From Elusimicrobiota bacterium (GTDB lineage: Bacteria > Elusimicrobiota > Elusimicrobia > Elusimicrobiales > UBA9959), in the NCBI GenBank assembly GCA_016234365.1, contig JACRER010000079.1, forward strand, positions 15,154 through 79,153: a DNA stretch of 64,000 nt, read 5' to 3'. Below, piece after piece: positions 9,210 to 19,011 of the stretch. A program made the position numbers and the translations under genes. The notes under the pieces were generated by a model. The model ran no database searches. It was not told the origin of the DNA and worked only from the letters and a program-made list of their open reading frames with translations. The first letter of the stretch is position 1, and the number at the start of each line of letters is the position of its first letter.

Positions 9210-9617
9210 ATGGATCCCATATCTAACATGCTGTCGGCGATAAAGAACGCCACATCCAAAAAGAAAGAGCGCGTGGACGTGCCCTTCTCCGGCATTAAGG
9301 CCGGGCTGGTGAAGCTGCTCAAGGACGAGGGCTTTGTCTCGAACTTCAAGGTGCTCGACCCCAAGCTGGACAAGACCATCGACCGGCGCGGCGTGATCCG
9401 CATCACGCTGAAGTACACCATGGACAAGCAGCCGGTCATCAACGGCCTGCGCCGCGTGTCCAAGCCGGGCCTGCGCGTCTACCGCGGGCACGAAGAGATG
9501 CCCCGCGTTCGCGCCGCCTTCGGCGTGACCATAGTCTCCACCTCCAAGGGCCTGCTGACCGACGCCGAAGCCAAGAAGCAGAAACTCGGCGGCGAAGTGC
9601 TGTGCCAGGTGTGGTAA
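9210..9617 (+). CDS. rpsH: 30S ribosomal protein S8
   Basis: MDPISNMLSAIKNA...; GGEVLCQVW C-terminus. Confidence 0.96.
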   Translation: MDPISNMLSAIKNATSKKKERVDVPFSGIKAGLVKLLKDEGFVSNFKVLDPKLDKTIDRRGVIRITLKYTMDKQPVINGLRRVSKPGLRVYRGHEEMPRVRAAFGVTIVSTSKGLLTDAEAKKQKLGGEVLCQVW

Positions 9618-9642
9618 AGAAACGTTATTAAGAGGTAAAAAC

Positions 9643-10224
9643 ATGAGCCGAATTGGAAAAATGCCGATAACTATGCCCGACAAGGTGAAGGCCCGCGTCG
9701 ACGGCCGCACCGTCCACGTGGAGGGCCCGCTGGGCAAGCTTAATTATTCGCTGCCGGACGGCATCAACGCCGCCATCGCCGGCAACGTCATCAATATCAG
9801 CGTAGCGCAGGGCGCCATGGACAAGGGCGCGCTGTTCGGTACGTGCCGCGCCCGCGTCAATAACATGGTGGCCGGCGTGACCAAGGAATTCGAGAAGGTG
9901 CTGGAGATCAGCGGCGTCGGTTTCAAGGGCTCCGTTGAAGGCAACCGCGTGTCGCTGACGCTCGGCTTCTCCCACCCCGTGCTGGTGGATATCCCCGCCG
10001 GCATCAAAATGTCTTTCGACCCCAAGCAGGTCGTCCTGACGATAAAGGGCATAGACCGGGAAGTCGTTGGCAACCTGGCCGCCCAGATCAAGAGGATCAA
10101 GCGCCCCGAGCCTTATAAGGGCACCGGCATAAAGTACCAGGGCGAGCATATCATCCGCAAGGCGGGTAAGACGGCAGCGGGCGCAGGCGCCGGCGGCGCG
10201 GCTGGCGGCGCAGCCAAGAAATAA
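9643..10224 (+). CDS. rplF: 50S ribosomal protein L6
   Basis: MSRIGKMPI...; EPYKGTGIKYQGE. Gly/Ala-rich tail. Confidence 0.95.
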   Translation: MSRIGKMPITMPDKVKARVDGRTVHVEGPLGKLNYSLPDGINAAIAGNVINISVAQGAMDKGALFGTCRARVNNMVAGVTKEFEKVLEISGVGFKGSVEGNRVSLTLGFSHPVLVDIPAGIKMSFDPKQVVLTIKGIDREVVGNLAAQIKRIKRPEPYKGTGIKYQGEHIIRKAGKTAAGAGAGGAAGGAAKK

Positions 10225-10263
10225 CGGAGTGCGCAGGCACAATCCAGGAGAACTGAAAACACT

Positions 10264-10626
10264 ATGATAAGCAAACAGGAACGCTACGAATTCCGCAAGG
10301 TCCGCTCCCGCAACAGGCTGTTCGAGAACGGTATTAAGAGGCCCCGCCTCAGCGTCTACCGCGGCGCGAAGAACATCTACGCGCAGGTGGTGGACGACAT
10401 TAAGGGAGCGACCCTCGTGGCCGCTTCCAGCAACGACAAAGAGCTGAAGGGCAAGCTCAAGTCCGGCAAGAGCATAGCTTCCGCCAAAGTGGTTGGGGCC
10501 CTGCTCGGCAAGCGCGCCGTAGCTAAAGGCGTGACGGAAGTCTGCTTCGACCGCGGCGGCAGGATCTACCACGGCCGCATCAAAGCCCTCGCCGACGCCG
10601 CTCGCGAAGCCGGCCTGAAATTCTAA
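10264..10626 (+). CDS. rplR: 50S ribosomal protein L18
   Basis: [20 protein letters not shown]...[24 protein letters not shown]. Confidence 0.95.
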   Translation: MISKQERYEFRKVRSRNRLFENGIKRPRLSVYRGAKNIYAQVVDDIKGATLVAASSNDKELKGKLKSGKSIASAKVVGALLGKRAVAKGVTEVCFDRGGRIYHGRIKALADAAREAGLKF

Positions 10627-10640
10627 GGGAGAAAGCCAAA

Positions 10641-11192
10641 ATGCTCAGAAACCAGAAACAGCTCAAGACCAGCAAAGAACTCAGCGCCCAGGGCAAGCCC
10701 GGAGAGGCGATGGAGCTCGACCTGACCGACGCCAGGGAAGAGAAGGTAGTTACCGTGGTGATCAACCGCGTCACGAAGGTGGTCAAGGGCGGCAAGCGCT
10801 TCTCCTTCAACGCGCTCGTCGTGGTTGGCGACAACAACGGCAAGGTAGGCGTGGGCCTCGGTAAATCCAACGAGGTGCAGGGCGCCATACAGAAAGGCAC
10901 CGCCAGCGCCCGCAAGGAAATGTTCCAGTTCCCACTGCTCAACTCCACGATCCCGCACGAGGTCGAGGGTAAGTTCGGCGCCGGCAAGGTCTGGATGAAA
11001 CCCGCGGTAGACGGCACCGGCCTCATCGCCGGCGGCGGCGTCCGCGCGGTCCTCGAAGCCAGCGGCGTAAAGAACATCCTGACGAAGAACCTCGGCACCC
11101 GCAACGCTTTCAACACGGTGTACGCGACGCTCGACGCGCTGAAGCGCCTCAAGAGCCGCGAAGAAGTGCAGAAGATCCGCGGCCTCGAGTAA
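10641..11192 (+). CDS. rpsE: 30S ribosomal protein S5
   Basis: [25 protein letters not shown]...[15 protein letters not shown]. Confidence 0.95.
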   Translation: MLRNQKQLKTSKELSAQGKPGEAMELDLTDAREEKVVTVVINRVTKVVKGGKRFSFNALVVVGDNNGKVGVGLGKSNEVQGAIQKGTASARKEMFQFPLLNSTIPHEVEGKFGAGKVWMKPAVDGTGLIAGGGVRAVLEASGVKNILTKNLGTRNAFNTVYATLDALKRLKSREEVQKIRGLE

Positions 11193-11235
11193 GGCGCGGC
11201 TGTTTTAACTACCAGGAAGATACAGGAGAAACGCT

Positions 11236-11748
11236 ATGGTCGGACTGAACAATCTCAAACCTAAGTGGGGTTCCGTGCACAAGAAGAAGCGCCTCGGCAC
11301 CGGTCAGGGCTCTGGCCACGGCCAGACCTCCACCCGCGGCCAGAAAGGCCAGAACTCCACCTCGGGCGGCGCCAAGCCGGACGGGTTCGAGGGCGGCCAG
11401 ATCCCGCTGTTGCGCCGCATCCCCAAGAGCGGCTTCAGCAACAACCGCTTCCGCGTCATTTACCAGTGGGTGAACATTTCTTCGCTCGAGAAGAACTTCA
11501 AGGCCGGGGAAGAAGTGACCCCCGAAGCCATGGTGAAGGCCCGCCTGGTCAAGCACGTCGAGCTGATAAAGGTGCTCGGCGACGGCGAGATCAAGAAGGC
11601 CCTGACCGTGAAAGCGCACGCTTTCTCGGCCGGCGCCAAGGAAAAGATCGAGAAGGCCGGCGGCAAGACGTCCCTGATCGAAACCTCCAAACCCGCGGAA
11701 GTCCCCGCGAAGCCGGTCAAGAAGAACGCGAAAACGGATAAGAAATAA
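11236..11748 (+). CDS. rplO: 50S ribosomal protein L15 (C-terminal Lys-rich extension)
   Basis: LNNLKP...GQGSGHGQTSTRGQKGQ...FEGGQIPLLRRIPK. Follows rpsE directly, with no room for rpmD. Confidence 0.94.
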   Translation: MVGLNNLKPKWGSVHKKKRLGTGQGSGHGQTSTRGQKGQNSTSGGAKPDGFEGGQIPLLRRIPKSGFSNNRFRVIYQWVNISSLEKNFKAGEEVTPEAMVKARLVKHVELIKVLGDGEIKKALTVKAHAFSAGAKEKIEKAGGKTSLIETSKPAEVPAKPVKKNAKTDKK

Positions 11749-13076
11749 TGCAGCAGATAACCGATATCTTCAAGATACAGGATCTTAAGAAGCGGATATT
11801 CTTCGTGCTCGGGGCGCTGGCCGTGTACCGGCTCGGCGCCACGATCCCGATACCGGGCATCAACACTTCCGCGCTTCAGGCTATTTTCGAAGCGCAGAAG
11901 GGTTCGCTGCTGGGCTTCCTGGACATCTTCTCGGGCGGCGCCCTCGGGCGTTTCTCGATCTTCTCGATGGGCGTGATGCCTTACATCAACGCGTCCATCA
12001 TCATGAGCCTGGTGCAGGGCGCCCACGTCTTCCCCATCCTGGACCGCCTCCAGAAAGAGGGCGAGACCGGCCGCCGCAAGATAGTGCAGTTCACGCGCGT
12101 CTTTACGCTGCTCCTGGCCGCCTTCCAGTCGCTGGGCCTTACGCTGGCGCTGACCAAGATGCAGGCCGGCGGCGGCCCCTCCATAGTGCTGAACCCGACG
12201 TTCGGCTTCTATTTCGTAACCGTCACCACGCTGGTGACCGGCACGATGTTCGTGATGTGGCTCGGCGAGCAGATCACCGAGCGCGGTATCGGCAACGGCA
12301 TCTCGCTCATCATCTTCGCCGGCATCGTGGACCGCCTCCCGGCGGCCGTGATGGATATGATAAAGCTCATCCAGATAGATGAAATGAGCATCCTTACCGG
12401 CCTGCTCATCGTGGCTATGGTGCTGGCCATCATCGGCTTCGTGATCTGGGTGGAGACCGCCCAGCGCAAGATCCCGGTGCAGTACGCGCAGCGCATGGTG
12501 GGCCGCAAGATGTACGGCGGCGCCTCCACGTTCCTGCCCCTGAAGGTGGACCAGAGCGGCGTCATCGCCGTCATCTTCGCGGTGTCGCTGTTGAGCGTGC
12601 CGTATACCATCGGCTCCTTTAACCCCGGCGCGCCGTGGGCGCAGAAGCTGATGGGCCTGATGAACCACTCCAGCATCCTCTACCAGCTGTTCTACGTGGC
12701 CCTGATCATCTTCTTCTGTTACTTTTACAACTCGGTCAGCATCAACCCCAAGGACCTGGCTGAGAACATGAAGAAATGGGGCGGCTTCATTCCCGGCATA
12801 CGCCCGGGCGAACCGACGGCGTCGCACATAGAGTGGGTGCTTAACCGCATCACGCTCGGCGGCGCGCTGTTCGTGTCGCTGATAGCCGTGCTGCCCGACT
12901 ACCTGCGGGCCAAGTTCAACGTGCCGTTCTATTTCGGCGGTACGTCTCTGCTGATAGTCGTGGGCGTGGCCCTCGACACTATCGCGCAGACCGAAGCCCA
13001 CCTGGTGATGCGCAACTACGAAGGTTTTTACAAGAATTCCAGGGTCAAGGGCCGCTGGTTCAACGTCGGCAGCTGA
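11748..13076 (+). CDS. secY: preprotein translocase subunit SecY
   Basis: TAATG overlap with rplO. 10-TM profile. GINTSALQ..., MWLGEQITERGIGNGISLIIFAGI. Confidence 0.96.
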   Translation: MQQITDIFKIQDLKKRIFFVLGALAVYRLGATIPIPGINTSALQAIFEAQKGSLLGFLDIFSGGALGRFSIFSMGVMPYINASIIMSLVQGAHVFPILDRLQKEGETGRRKIVQFTRVFTLLLAAFQSLGLTLALTKMQAGGGPSIVLNPTFGFYFVTVTTLVTGTMFVMWLGEQITERGIGNGISLIIFAGIVDRLPAAVMDMIKLIQIDEMSILTGLLIVAMVLAIIGFVIWVETAQRKIPVQYAQRMVGRKMYGGASTFLPLKVDQSGVIAVIFAVSLLSVPYTIGSFNPGAPWAQKLMGLMNHSSILYQLFYVALIIFFCYFYNSVSINPKDLAENMKKWGGFIPGIRPGEPTASHIEWVLNRITLGGALFVSLIAVLPDYLRAKFNVPFYFGGTSLLIVVGVALDTIAQTEAHLVMRNYEGFYKNSRVKGRWFNVGS

Positions 13077-13155
13077 CCGCGCCAGGCGCGGGACGTGAGG
13101 CGCGGGCCGTCCGCCGCGGGGCACATTCCCCGCAGGACGCCGCCCGCGGGTGACC

Positions 13156-13800
13156 ATGAATATTATTCTCTTAGGTTATCCGGGTTCCGGAAAGGGAACC
13201 CTGGCTAAAGATCTTTCTAAAACGCTGGACATGGTGCACGTCTCCACGGGGGACATCCTGCGCGACGAGATGGCGAAGAAGACCCCTCTCGGTACGGAGG
13301 CCACGTCCTACATGGCCGGCGGCCGGCTGGTACCGGACCGCCTGGTGATGGATATGCTGAAGGCCCGCCTCGGGACCGAGTCCCGGGGGCTGCTCTTCGA
13401 CGGTTTTCCCAGGACGGTAGCGCAGGCCGAGGCGTTGGATGCCTGGTTCGCTTCCCGCGGGCAGGAGATAGACGCGGTAGTGTTCCTGAACGTGGCGGAA
13501 TCCGTGGTGATGGCCAGGCTGGGATCGCGGCGCACCTGCACCGGCTGCGGCAAGATCTACAACGTGGTCTCCAACCCGCCGGCGAAAGAGGGAGTCTGCG
13601 ACGTCTGCGGCAAGCCGCTCGCGACGCGCGAGGACGACAAGGTCGAGGTGATAACCCGGCGCATACAGGTTTACAAGGACCAGACCGAGCCCCTGCTGGC
13701 GTACTACAGGGCCTCAGCCAATTTCCTGGAGGCCGACGGCGGCAAAACGCCGGACGCCGTTACGCGGGATGTACTGGGCCTGCTGCGCGTAAAACCGTGA
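13156..13800 (+). CDS. adk: adenylate kinase (zinc-lid form)
   Basis: ATG at 13156 gives MNIILLGYPGSGKGT (P-loop); the track start 13150 is GTG. Lid CTGCG...CDVCG. Confidence 0.93.
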   Translation: MNIILLGYPGSGKGTLAKDLSKTLDMVHVSTGDILRDEMAKKTPLGTEATSYMAGGRLVPDRLVMDMLKARLGTESRGLLFDGFPRTVAQAEALDAWFASRGQEIDAVVFLNVAESVVMARLGSRRTCTGCGKIYNVVSNPPAKEGVCDVCGKPLATREDDKVEVITRRIQVYKDQTEPLLAYYRASANFLEADGGKTPDAVTRDVLGLLRVKP

Positions 13801-14558
13801 TAGAGATAAAGACGGCGGGCGAGATAGGCAGCATGCGTAAGGCCGCCCGCGTGGTGGCCGAGGTTCTTTTACAACTTAAACCGCTGGTGAAGCCGGGCGT
13901 AAGCACGGCGGAGCTGGACCAGTTCGCCGAGAGGCGCGTGCGCGAGCTTGGCGCCGTTCCCGCTTTCCTGGGCTACCGCGGCTACCCCGCCACACTCTGC
14001 GTTTCCATAAACGAGGAGATCGTGCACGGGATCCCCAGCCCGAAGCGCTTCGTGAAGGAAGGCGATATAGTCAGCCTGGACATGGGCGCGGTGATGGACG
14101 GTTTTTACGGCGACGCCGCGCTTACCGTGGCGGCGGGGAAGATCTCCCCGGAGGCGCGCCGGTTGATGGACGTTACGAGCGAGTCCCTGAACAGGGCGTT
14201 GGCGGCCGTTAAGGCCGGGGCGAGGCTCGGGGACGTTTCCCACGCGGTGGAAAAGTACGCGACCGAGCGCGGGATGTCCGTGGTGCGGGAGTTTACCGGC
14301 CACGGCATAGGCCGCAGGCTCCACGAGGAGCCCTCGATACCGAATTTCGGTCGGCCAGGTTCCGGCCCCGTGCTGAAGGCCGGCATGACGCTGGCGATAG
14401 AGCCGATGCTGTGCCTGGGCCGCGCGGACGTGATAGTGAAGAACGACGGCTGGACCGCGGTGAGCGCGGATGGCAGCCTGGCCGCCCACTACGAGCATAC
14501 GGTGGCGGTTACTGAAGACGGTTGTGAAATACTTACGGAGGCGGGAGTTACCGGCTAG
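13797..14558 (+). CDS. map: type I methionine aminopeptidase
   Basis: GTGA overlap with the adk stop. Metal ligands in DIVSLDMGAVMDGFYGD, FTGHGIG, TLAIEPM, YEHTV. Confidence 0.94.
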   Translation: MIEIKTAGEIGSMRKAARVVAEVLLQLKPLVKPGVSTAELDQFAERRVRELGAVPAFLGYRGYPATLCVSINEEIVHGIPSPKRFVKEGDIVSLDMGAVMDGFYGDAALTVAAGKISPEARRLMDVTSESLNRALAAVKAGARLGDVSHAVEKYATERGMSVVREFTGHGIGRRLHEEPSIPNFGRPGSGPVLKAGMTLAIEPMLCLGRADVIVKNDGWTAVSADGSLAAHYEHTVAVTEDGCEILTEAGVTG

Positions 14559-14571
14559 GCGCGATATTTTG

Positions 14572-14577
14572 TATAAT
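14572..14577 (+). promoter_or_regulatory. internal -10 box (TATAAT) 8 nt before the infA ATG
   Basis: ttTGTATAATatataaatATG. No SD between the box and the ATG. AT-rich island within GC-rich operon DNA. Confidence 0.45.
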
Positions 14578-14585
14578 ATATAAAT

Positions 14586-14807
14586 ATGTCAGAAAACAGC
14601 GAAAAAATAGAGGTCGAGGGCATAGTAAAAGAGTCCCTCCCCAACGCTACTTTCAAGGTGGAGATAGCCCCAGGCAAGACCATCCTGGGCATCATTTCCG
14701 GCAAGATGCGCATCCACCATATAAAGATACTGCCGGGCGACAAGGTGAAGCTGGAACTTTCGCCTTACGACCTGAGCAAGGGCCGTATAGTTTACAGGGA
14801 AAAATAG
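14586..14807 (+). CDS. infA: translation initiation factor IF-1
   Basis: [19 protein letters not shown]...[33 protein letters not shown]. Confidence 0.96.
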   Translation: MSENSEKIEVEGIVKESLPNATFKVEIAPGKTILGIISGKMRIHHIKILPGDKVKLELSPYDLSKGRIVYREK

Positions 14808-14846
14808 GGCCGTCCGACGGCACAACGATAAGTCAGAGGTGCTTCA

Positions 14847-14960
14847 ATGAAAGTCAGAGCGAGCGTTAAGAAGATTTGCGTGAAGTGCACGATAGTCAAG
14901 CGCAAGGGCGTGGTCCGCGTGATATGCAGCGACCCGCGGCACAAGCAGCGTCAGGGCTGA
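14847..14960 (+). CDS. rpmJ: 50S ribosomal protein L36
   Basis: Hand-translated; too short for the track. [45 protein letters not shown] upstream. Confidence 0.93.
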   Translation: MKVRASVKKICVKCTIVKRKGVVRVICSDPRHKQRQG

Positions 14961-14999
14961 GGCCCGCGGCGAATTTCCGAACAGGAACTAGGAGAACGT

Positions 15000-15401
15000 A
15001 TGGCACGTATAGCAGGTGTGGACTTACCGAGAGAGAAAAAAATCAGCATCGCGCTGGCTTATGTATTTGGCATAGGGCGCCCGATGGCCAAGAAGATCCT
15101 GGCCGGCCTGACCGCCCAGATTCCTCCGGACACGAGGGTTAAGGACCTGACCGAAGATCAGATCGGTCTTTTGAACACCGTGATCCAGAAAGAGTACAAG
15201 GTAGAGGGCGAGCTCCGCAGGGAGATCACCGCCAACCTCAAGCGCTACATCGAGATCAACAGCTACCGCGGTTACCGGCACCGCCGGAACCTGCCGGTGC
15301 GCGGACAGCGCACCCGCACCAATGGTCGCACCCGCCGCGGACGCCGCCGCACCGTCGGCTCGGCCTCCAAGGCCCCGGCCGCCGCGCCGGCCAAGGCCTG
15401 A
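15000..15401 (+). CDS. rpsM: 30S ribosomal protein S13
   Basis: [15 protein letters not shown]...[21 protein letters not shown]. Confidence 0.96.
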   Translation: MARIAGVDLPREKKISIALAYVFGIGRPMAKKILAGLTAQIPPDTRVKDLTEDQIGLLNTVIQKEYKVEGELRREITANLKRYIEINSYRGYRHRRNLPVRGQRTRTNGRTRRGRRRTVGSASKAPAAAPAKA

Positions 15402-15458
15402 CGGCCGCCCCTTCCCGGACAGGGAGGGGGAGACTAACTGAGAAGAGGACTTAAAATC

Positions 15459-15890
15459 ATGGCAGAAGAGAACAAGAACCCGCAGCCCCAGGACGGGGCC
15501 AAGAAACCCGAGCAGAAGGCGGCCCCCCGCCGCCGCGTGCGCACCGTGGCTTTCGCCCGCGTGTACGTGAACTGCTCCTTCAACAACACGATAATCACGT
15601 TCACCGACGAGAAGGGCGGCGTGATAGCGTGGTCCACGTCCGGAGGCAACGGCTTCCGCGGCACCAAGAAGGGCACCCCCTTCGCGGCGCAGATCACCGC
15701 CAGCAAGGCCGCCGCCAAGGCCGCCGAGTACGGCGTGCGCCAGGCGATGGTTTTTGTCAGCGGCCCCGGCCCCGGCCGCGAGACCGCGATCCGCTCGGTA
15801 GCGCAGAGCGGCATACACGTGGTGTCCATAAAGGACATCACCCCGATACCGCACAACGGCTGCAGGCCCCCTAAAGCCCGCCGCGTGTAA
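15459..15890 (+). CDS. rpsK: 30S ribosomal protein S11
   Basis: [14 protein letters not shown]...[14 protein letters not shown]...[17 protein letters not shown]. Confidence 0.96.
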   Translation: MAEENKNPQPQDGAKKPEQKAAPRRRVRTVAFARVYVNCSFNNTIITFTDEKGGVIAWSTSGGNGFRGTKKGTPFAAQITASKAAAKAAEYGVRQAMVFVSGPGPGRETAIRSVAQSGIHVVSIKDITPIPHNGCRPPKARRV

Positions 15891-15915
15891 GTCAGAAAGC
15901 AAGGAGACTTTTAAA

Positions 15916-16563
15916 ATGTCGAGATATACCGGACCCAGCTGTAAGAAATGCACCAAGGTCAGCCAGAAGCTGTTCCTTAAGGGAACCAAGTGCCACACCA
16001 ATTGCCAGGTGGACAAGGCGCAGAGAGCCGAAAAAGAAAAGCGTTTCGGCGGCGGCGGCAGGCCCAACAAGATGTCGGACTACGCCAAGCACCTGCGCGA
16101 GAAGCAGATAGCCCGCCTGACGGCCCAGGTGACCGAGGCGCAGTTCAAGCGCTTCTTCACGAAAGCCTCCAAGGACAAGGGCCAGACCGGCGCCGCGCTG
16201 TTCCGCTTCCTGGAAGTCCGCCTCGATAACATCGTGCGCAGGCTCGGCTTCGCGGTGTCGCTGAAAGCGGCCCGCCAGCTGGTAAATCACGGCCACATCA
16301 ACGTGAACGGCCGCTGCCTCTCGATACCGTCCGCCATCCTTAAGCCCGGCGACGAGATCACCATTAACCCGGCCAAGGCGAAAACGCTCGACACCGTGCT
16401 GGTGAAGCAGGGTCTTGAGCACGCGGAAAAGACCACCCAGCGCCCCAGCTTCCTGGCTTGGGACGCGGGCTCCAAGAAGGGCAAGCTCGTGCGCTGGCCC
16501 GACCGCGCCGAGTCCAGCATCAACGCCAACGAGCAGTTGATTGTAGAATTCTATTCCAAGTAA
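15916..16563 (+). CDS. rpsD: 30S ribosomal protein S4 (Cys-rich N-terminus)
   Basis: MSRYTGPSCKKC...KCHTNC; S4 domain RLDNIVRRLGFAVSLKAARQLVNHGHINVNG. Confidence 0.95.
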   Translation: MSRYTGPSCKKCTKVSQKLFLKGTKCHTNCQVDKAQRAEKEKRFGGGGRPNKMSDYAKHLREKQIARLTAQVTEAQFKRFFTKASKDKGQTGAALFRFLEVRLDNIVRRLGFAVSLKAARQLVNHGHINVNGRCLSIPSAILKPGDEITINPAKAKTLDTVLVKQGLEHAEKTTQRPSFLAWDAGSKKGKLVRWPDRAESSINANEQLIVEFYSK

Positions 16564-16576
16564 GCGAGGATAATTA

Positions 16577-17551
16577 ATGGCAACTTTCTCAAAGCAGCTC
16601 GTCATTCCCGAAAAGTTCGAAGTCGAGGAGAAGACGAAGACCGATAACTACGCGAAGTTCATCGCCGAACCCTACGAAAAGGGCTACGGCCACACGATAG
16701 GCAACTCCCTGCGCCGCATCCTGCTGTCGTCCCTCGAGGGCGCGGCCGTGGTGGCCGTGCGCATCAAGGGCGCCCGGCACGAGTACGCCGCCATCAACGG
16801 CGTGCAGGAAGACGTGGTGAACGTCGTCCTGAACCTCAAGAAGCTGCGCGTGCGTATGAAGGGCGACGGCCCCGAGACGCTGCTGATCTCCCTGAAGGGC
16901 AAGAAAGAAGTGAAGGCCTCCGATATAAAGGAGAACGCCAACGTAGAGATCATCAATAAGGACCTCGTGATAGCCCACGTGGAGTCCGGCGCCGAGTTCG
17001 AAGCCGAGCTCGAGATCGCCAAGGGTTCCGGCTACCGCACCTCCGAGGAGATCCGCGGCAGCATGAACCTGCCCATGGAATTCATTCCGATGGACGCCAT
17101 TTTCTCCCCGGTGCAGAAAGTGCACTACATCGTGGACAACGCCCGCGTGGGCCAGCGCACCGACTACGACAAGCTCGTGCTCGAGGTCTGGACCGACGGC
17201 ACCGTTAGCCCCTCCGACGCGGTGAGCAACACCGCGGCGCTGCTGCGCCGCTCCATCATGCCGTTCCTGCCGCCGGAAGAGGCCGCCAAGGAACCCGCCA
17301 AGGCTCAGGAGTCCAAGAAGGAAGGCGGCGGCGAGATGTCCTCCAAGCTGGAGCAGGGCGTGGAGATGATAGAACTCTCCTCGCGCGCTTCCAACTGCCT
17401 TAAGGTCGCCGGCATCCGCACCATCGGAGAACTGGTCCGCAAGTCCGAGGACGACCTGCTGGCCGTGAAGAATTTCGGTCAGAAGTCCCTGGACGAGATC
17501 AAGGAAAAGCTCAAGGAAATGGGCCTCGACCTCGGGATGAAGATCGACTAA
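16577..17551 (+). CDS. rpoA: DNA-directed RNA polymerase subunit alpha
   Basis: GYGHTIGNSLRRILLSS...; C-terminal domain ELSSRASNCLKVAGIRTIGELV. Confidence 0.96.
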   Translation: MATFSKQLVIPEKFEVEEKTKTDNYAKFIAEPYEKGYGHTIGNSLRRILLSSLEGAAVVAVRIKGARHEYAAINGVQEDVVNVVLNLKKLRVRMKGDGPETLLISLKGKKEVKASDIKENANVEIINKDLVIAHVESGAEFEAELEIAKGSGYRTSEEIRGSMNLPMEFIPMDAIFSPVQKVHYIVDNARVGQRTDYDKLVLEVWTDGTVSPSDAVSNTAALLRRSIMPFLPPEEAAKEPAKAQESKKEGGGEMSSKLEQGVEMIELSSRASNCLKVAGIRTIGELVRKSEDDLLAVKNFGQKSLDEIKEKLKEMGLDLGMKID

Positions 17552-17572
17552 CCAGACCGTTTAGGAACCCCT

Positions 17573-17914
17573 ATGATAAGAAACCTCGGAGCAAAGAAAC
17601 TTTCCAAGACCGGCTCTCACCGCCGCGCGATGTTCTCCAACATGGCCACGAGCCTCCTGCTGCACGAGAAGGTCGAGACGACCCTCCCGAAGGCCAAGGA
17701 ACTGCGCCGCGTAGTGGAGCGCGTGGTGGCCGACGCCAAGAACGGCCGCCATGTGGAAGTGCGCCGCGTCATCAAAGACAAGGCCGTCTACCACAAGGTG
17801 TTCGACGTTATCGCCCCGCGCTACAAAGAGCGCCCTGGCGGCTGCACGCGCATCCTGAAACTGGGAATGCGCCGCGGCGACGCCACCGAAACGGCACTGG
17901 TGAGGCTCGTCTAA
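17573..17914 (+). CDS. rplQ: 50S ribosomal protein L17
   Basis: [37 protein letters not shown]. Confidence 0.95.
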   Translation: MIRNLGAKKLSKTGSHRRAMFSNMATSLLLHEKVETTLPKAKELRRVVERVVADAKNGRHVEVRRVIKDKAVYHKVFDVIAPRYKERPGGCTRILKLGMRRGDATETALVRLV

Positions 17915-17918
17915 AAAA

Positions 17919-18959
17919 ATGTTCGACTACTTCTTCAGCCTGTTCTCAAACGATATCGGCATTGACCTCGGCACCGCGAATACCCTTGTCTACGTTAAAG
18001 GCAAGGGTATCGTGCTGCGCGAACCCTCGGTGGTCGCTATAGACAAGAACAGGCGGAAGGTGCTGGCGGTGGGCGCGGAGGCCAAGCTGATGCTGGGCCG
18101 CACCCCTTCCAACATAACGGCCGTAAGGCCCCTGCGCAACGGAGTTATTGCGGACTTCGAAGTTACGCAGGAGATGATAAAGTATTTCATCCGCAAGGTG
18201 CACAACCGGAGAAGCCTCCTGCACCCCCGCATAGTGATAGGCATCCCGTCAGGCATAACCGAAGTTGAGAAGCGCGCCGTGCAGGAATCCGCCGAGCAGG
18301 CGGGTGCCCGCGAGGTGGCGCTGATAGAGGAGCCGATGGCCGCCGCCATAGGTTCCGATCTGCCCGTTTCCGAGCCCCATGCCAGCATGATCTGCGATAT
18401 AGGCGGCGGTACCACCGAGGTGGCCGTTATTTCCCTCGGAGGCATGGTCGTAGCTAAGTCCCTCGACGTGGCCGGCGACGAGATGGACGACTGCATAGTG
18501 CAGTATTTCCGGCGCAAGCACAATTTAGTCATAGGTGAAACTACCGCTGAAGAGGTAAAGATACAGATAGGATCGGTTTTCCCGCTTAAAGAAGAGAAGA
18601 CGATAGAAGTTAAGGGCCGGGACCAGGCCAAGGGTCTGCCCAAGACGATTCTCGTGACTTCGGAAGAGATAAGGCAGGCCCTGATGGAGCCTGTCCAGCT
18701 TATTGTGGACGTTATCAAGCAGGTGCTGGAAGAGACGCCTCCGGAACTTTCCTCGGACCTCGTGGACCGCGGGATGGTGCTGGCGGGCGGGGGTTCGCTG
18801 CTGCGCGGCTTCCCTGAGCTCATCCGCCAGGAAACTGAACTGCCCGTCCACAGGGCCGCCGATCCTCTCAGCTGTGTCGCCTTGGGCTGCGGTAAGTACC
18901 TCGAAGAGCTGGATAAGATCCAGCAGAGGCCCGAATTCCTGAAGTCGTACCGCAGCTGA
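17919..18959 (+). CDS. mreB: rod-shape-determining actin homologue MreB
   Basis: [14 protein letters not shown]..., [28 protein letters not shown]. Begins 4 nt after the rplQ stop. Confidence 0.96.
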   Translation: MFDYFFSLFSNDIGIDLGTANTLVYVKGKGIVLREPSVVAIDKNRRKVLAVGAEAKLMLGRTPSNITAVRPLRNGVIADFEVTQEMIKYFIRKVHNRRSLLHPRIVIGIPSGITEVEKRAVQESAEQAGAREVALIEEPMAAAIGSDLPVSEPHASMICDIGGGTTEVAVISLGGMVVAKSLDVAGDEMDDCIVQYFRRKHNLVIGETTAEEVKIQIGSVFPLKEEKTIEVKGRDQAKGLPKTILVTSEEIRQALMEPVQLIVDVIKQVLEETPPELSSDLVDRGMVLAGGGSLLRGFPELIRQETELPVHRAADPLSCVALGCGKYLEELDKIQQRPEFLKSYRS

Positions 18960-19011
18960 ACCCCCGCAAGGGGGTGTCGGCTTTTCAGGCGGGTCCCAAC
19001 CAGGGATCGCG

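Noticed and set aside
11193-11235. Possibility of rpmD (L30) between rpsE and rplO
   Set aside because: The gap is only 43 nt and holds just the rplO SD.
11460-13157. 565-aa reverse-strand ORF opposite rplO/secY
   Set aside because: Antisense to unmistakable secY. Arg/Ala/His/Gly-rich with no domains. Shadow ORF.
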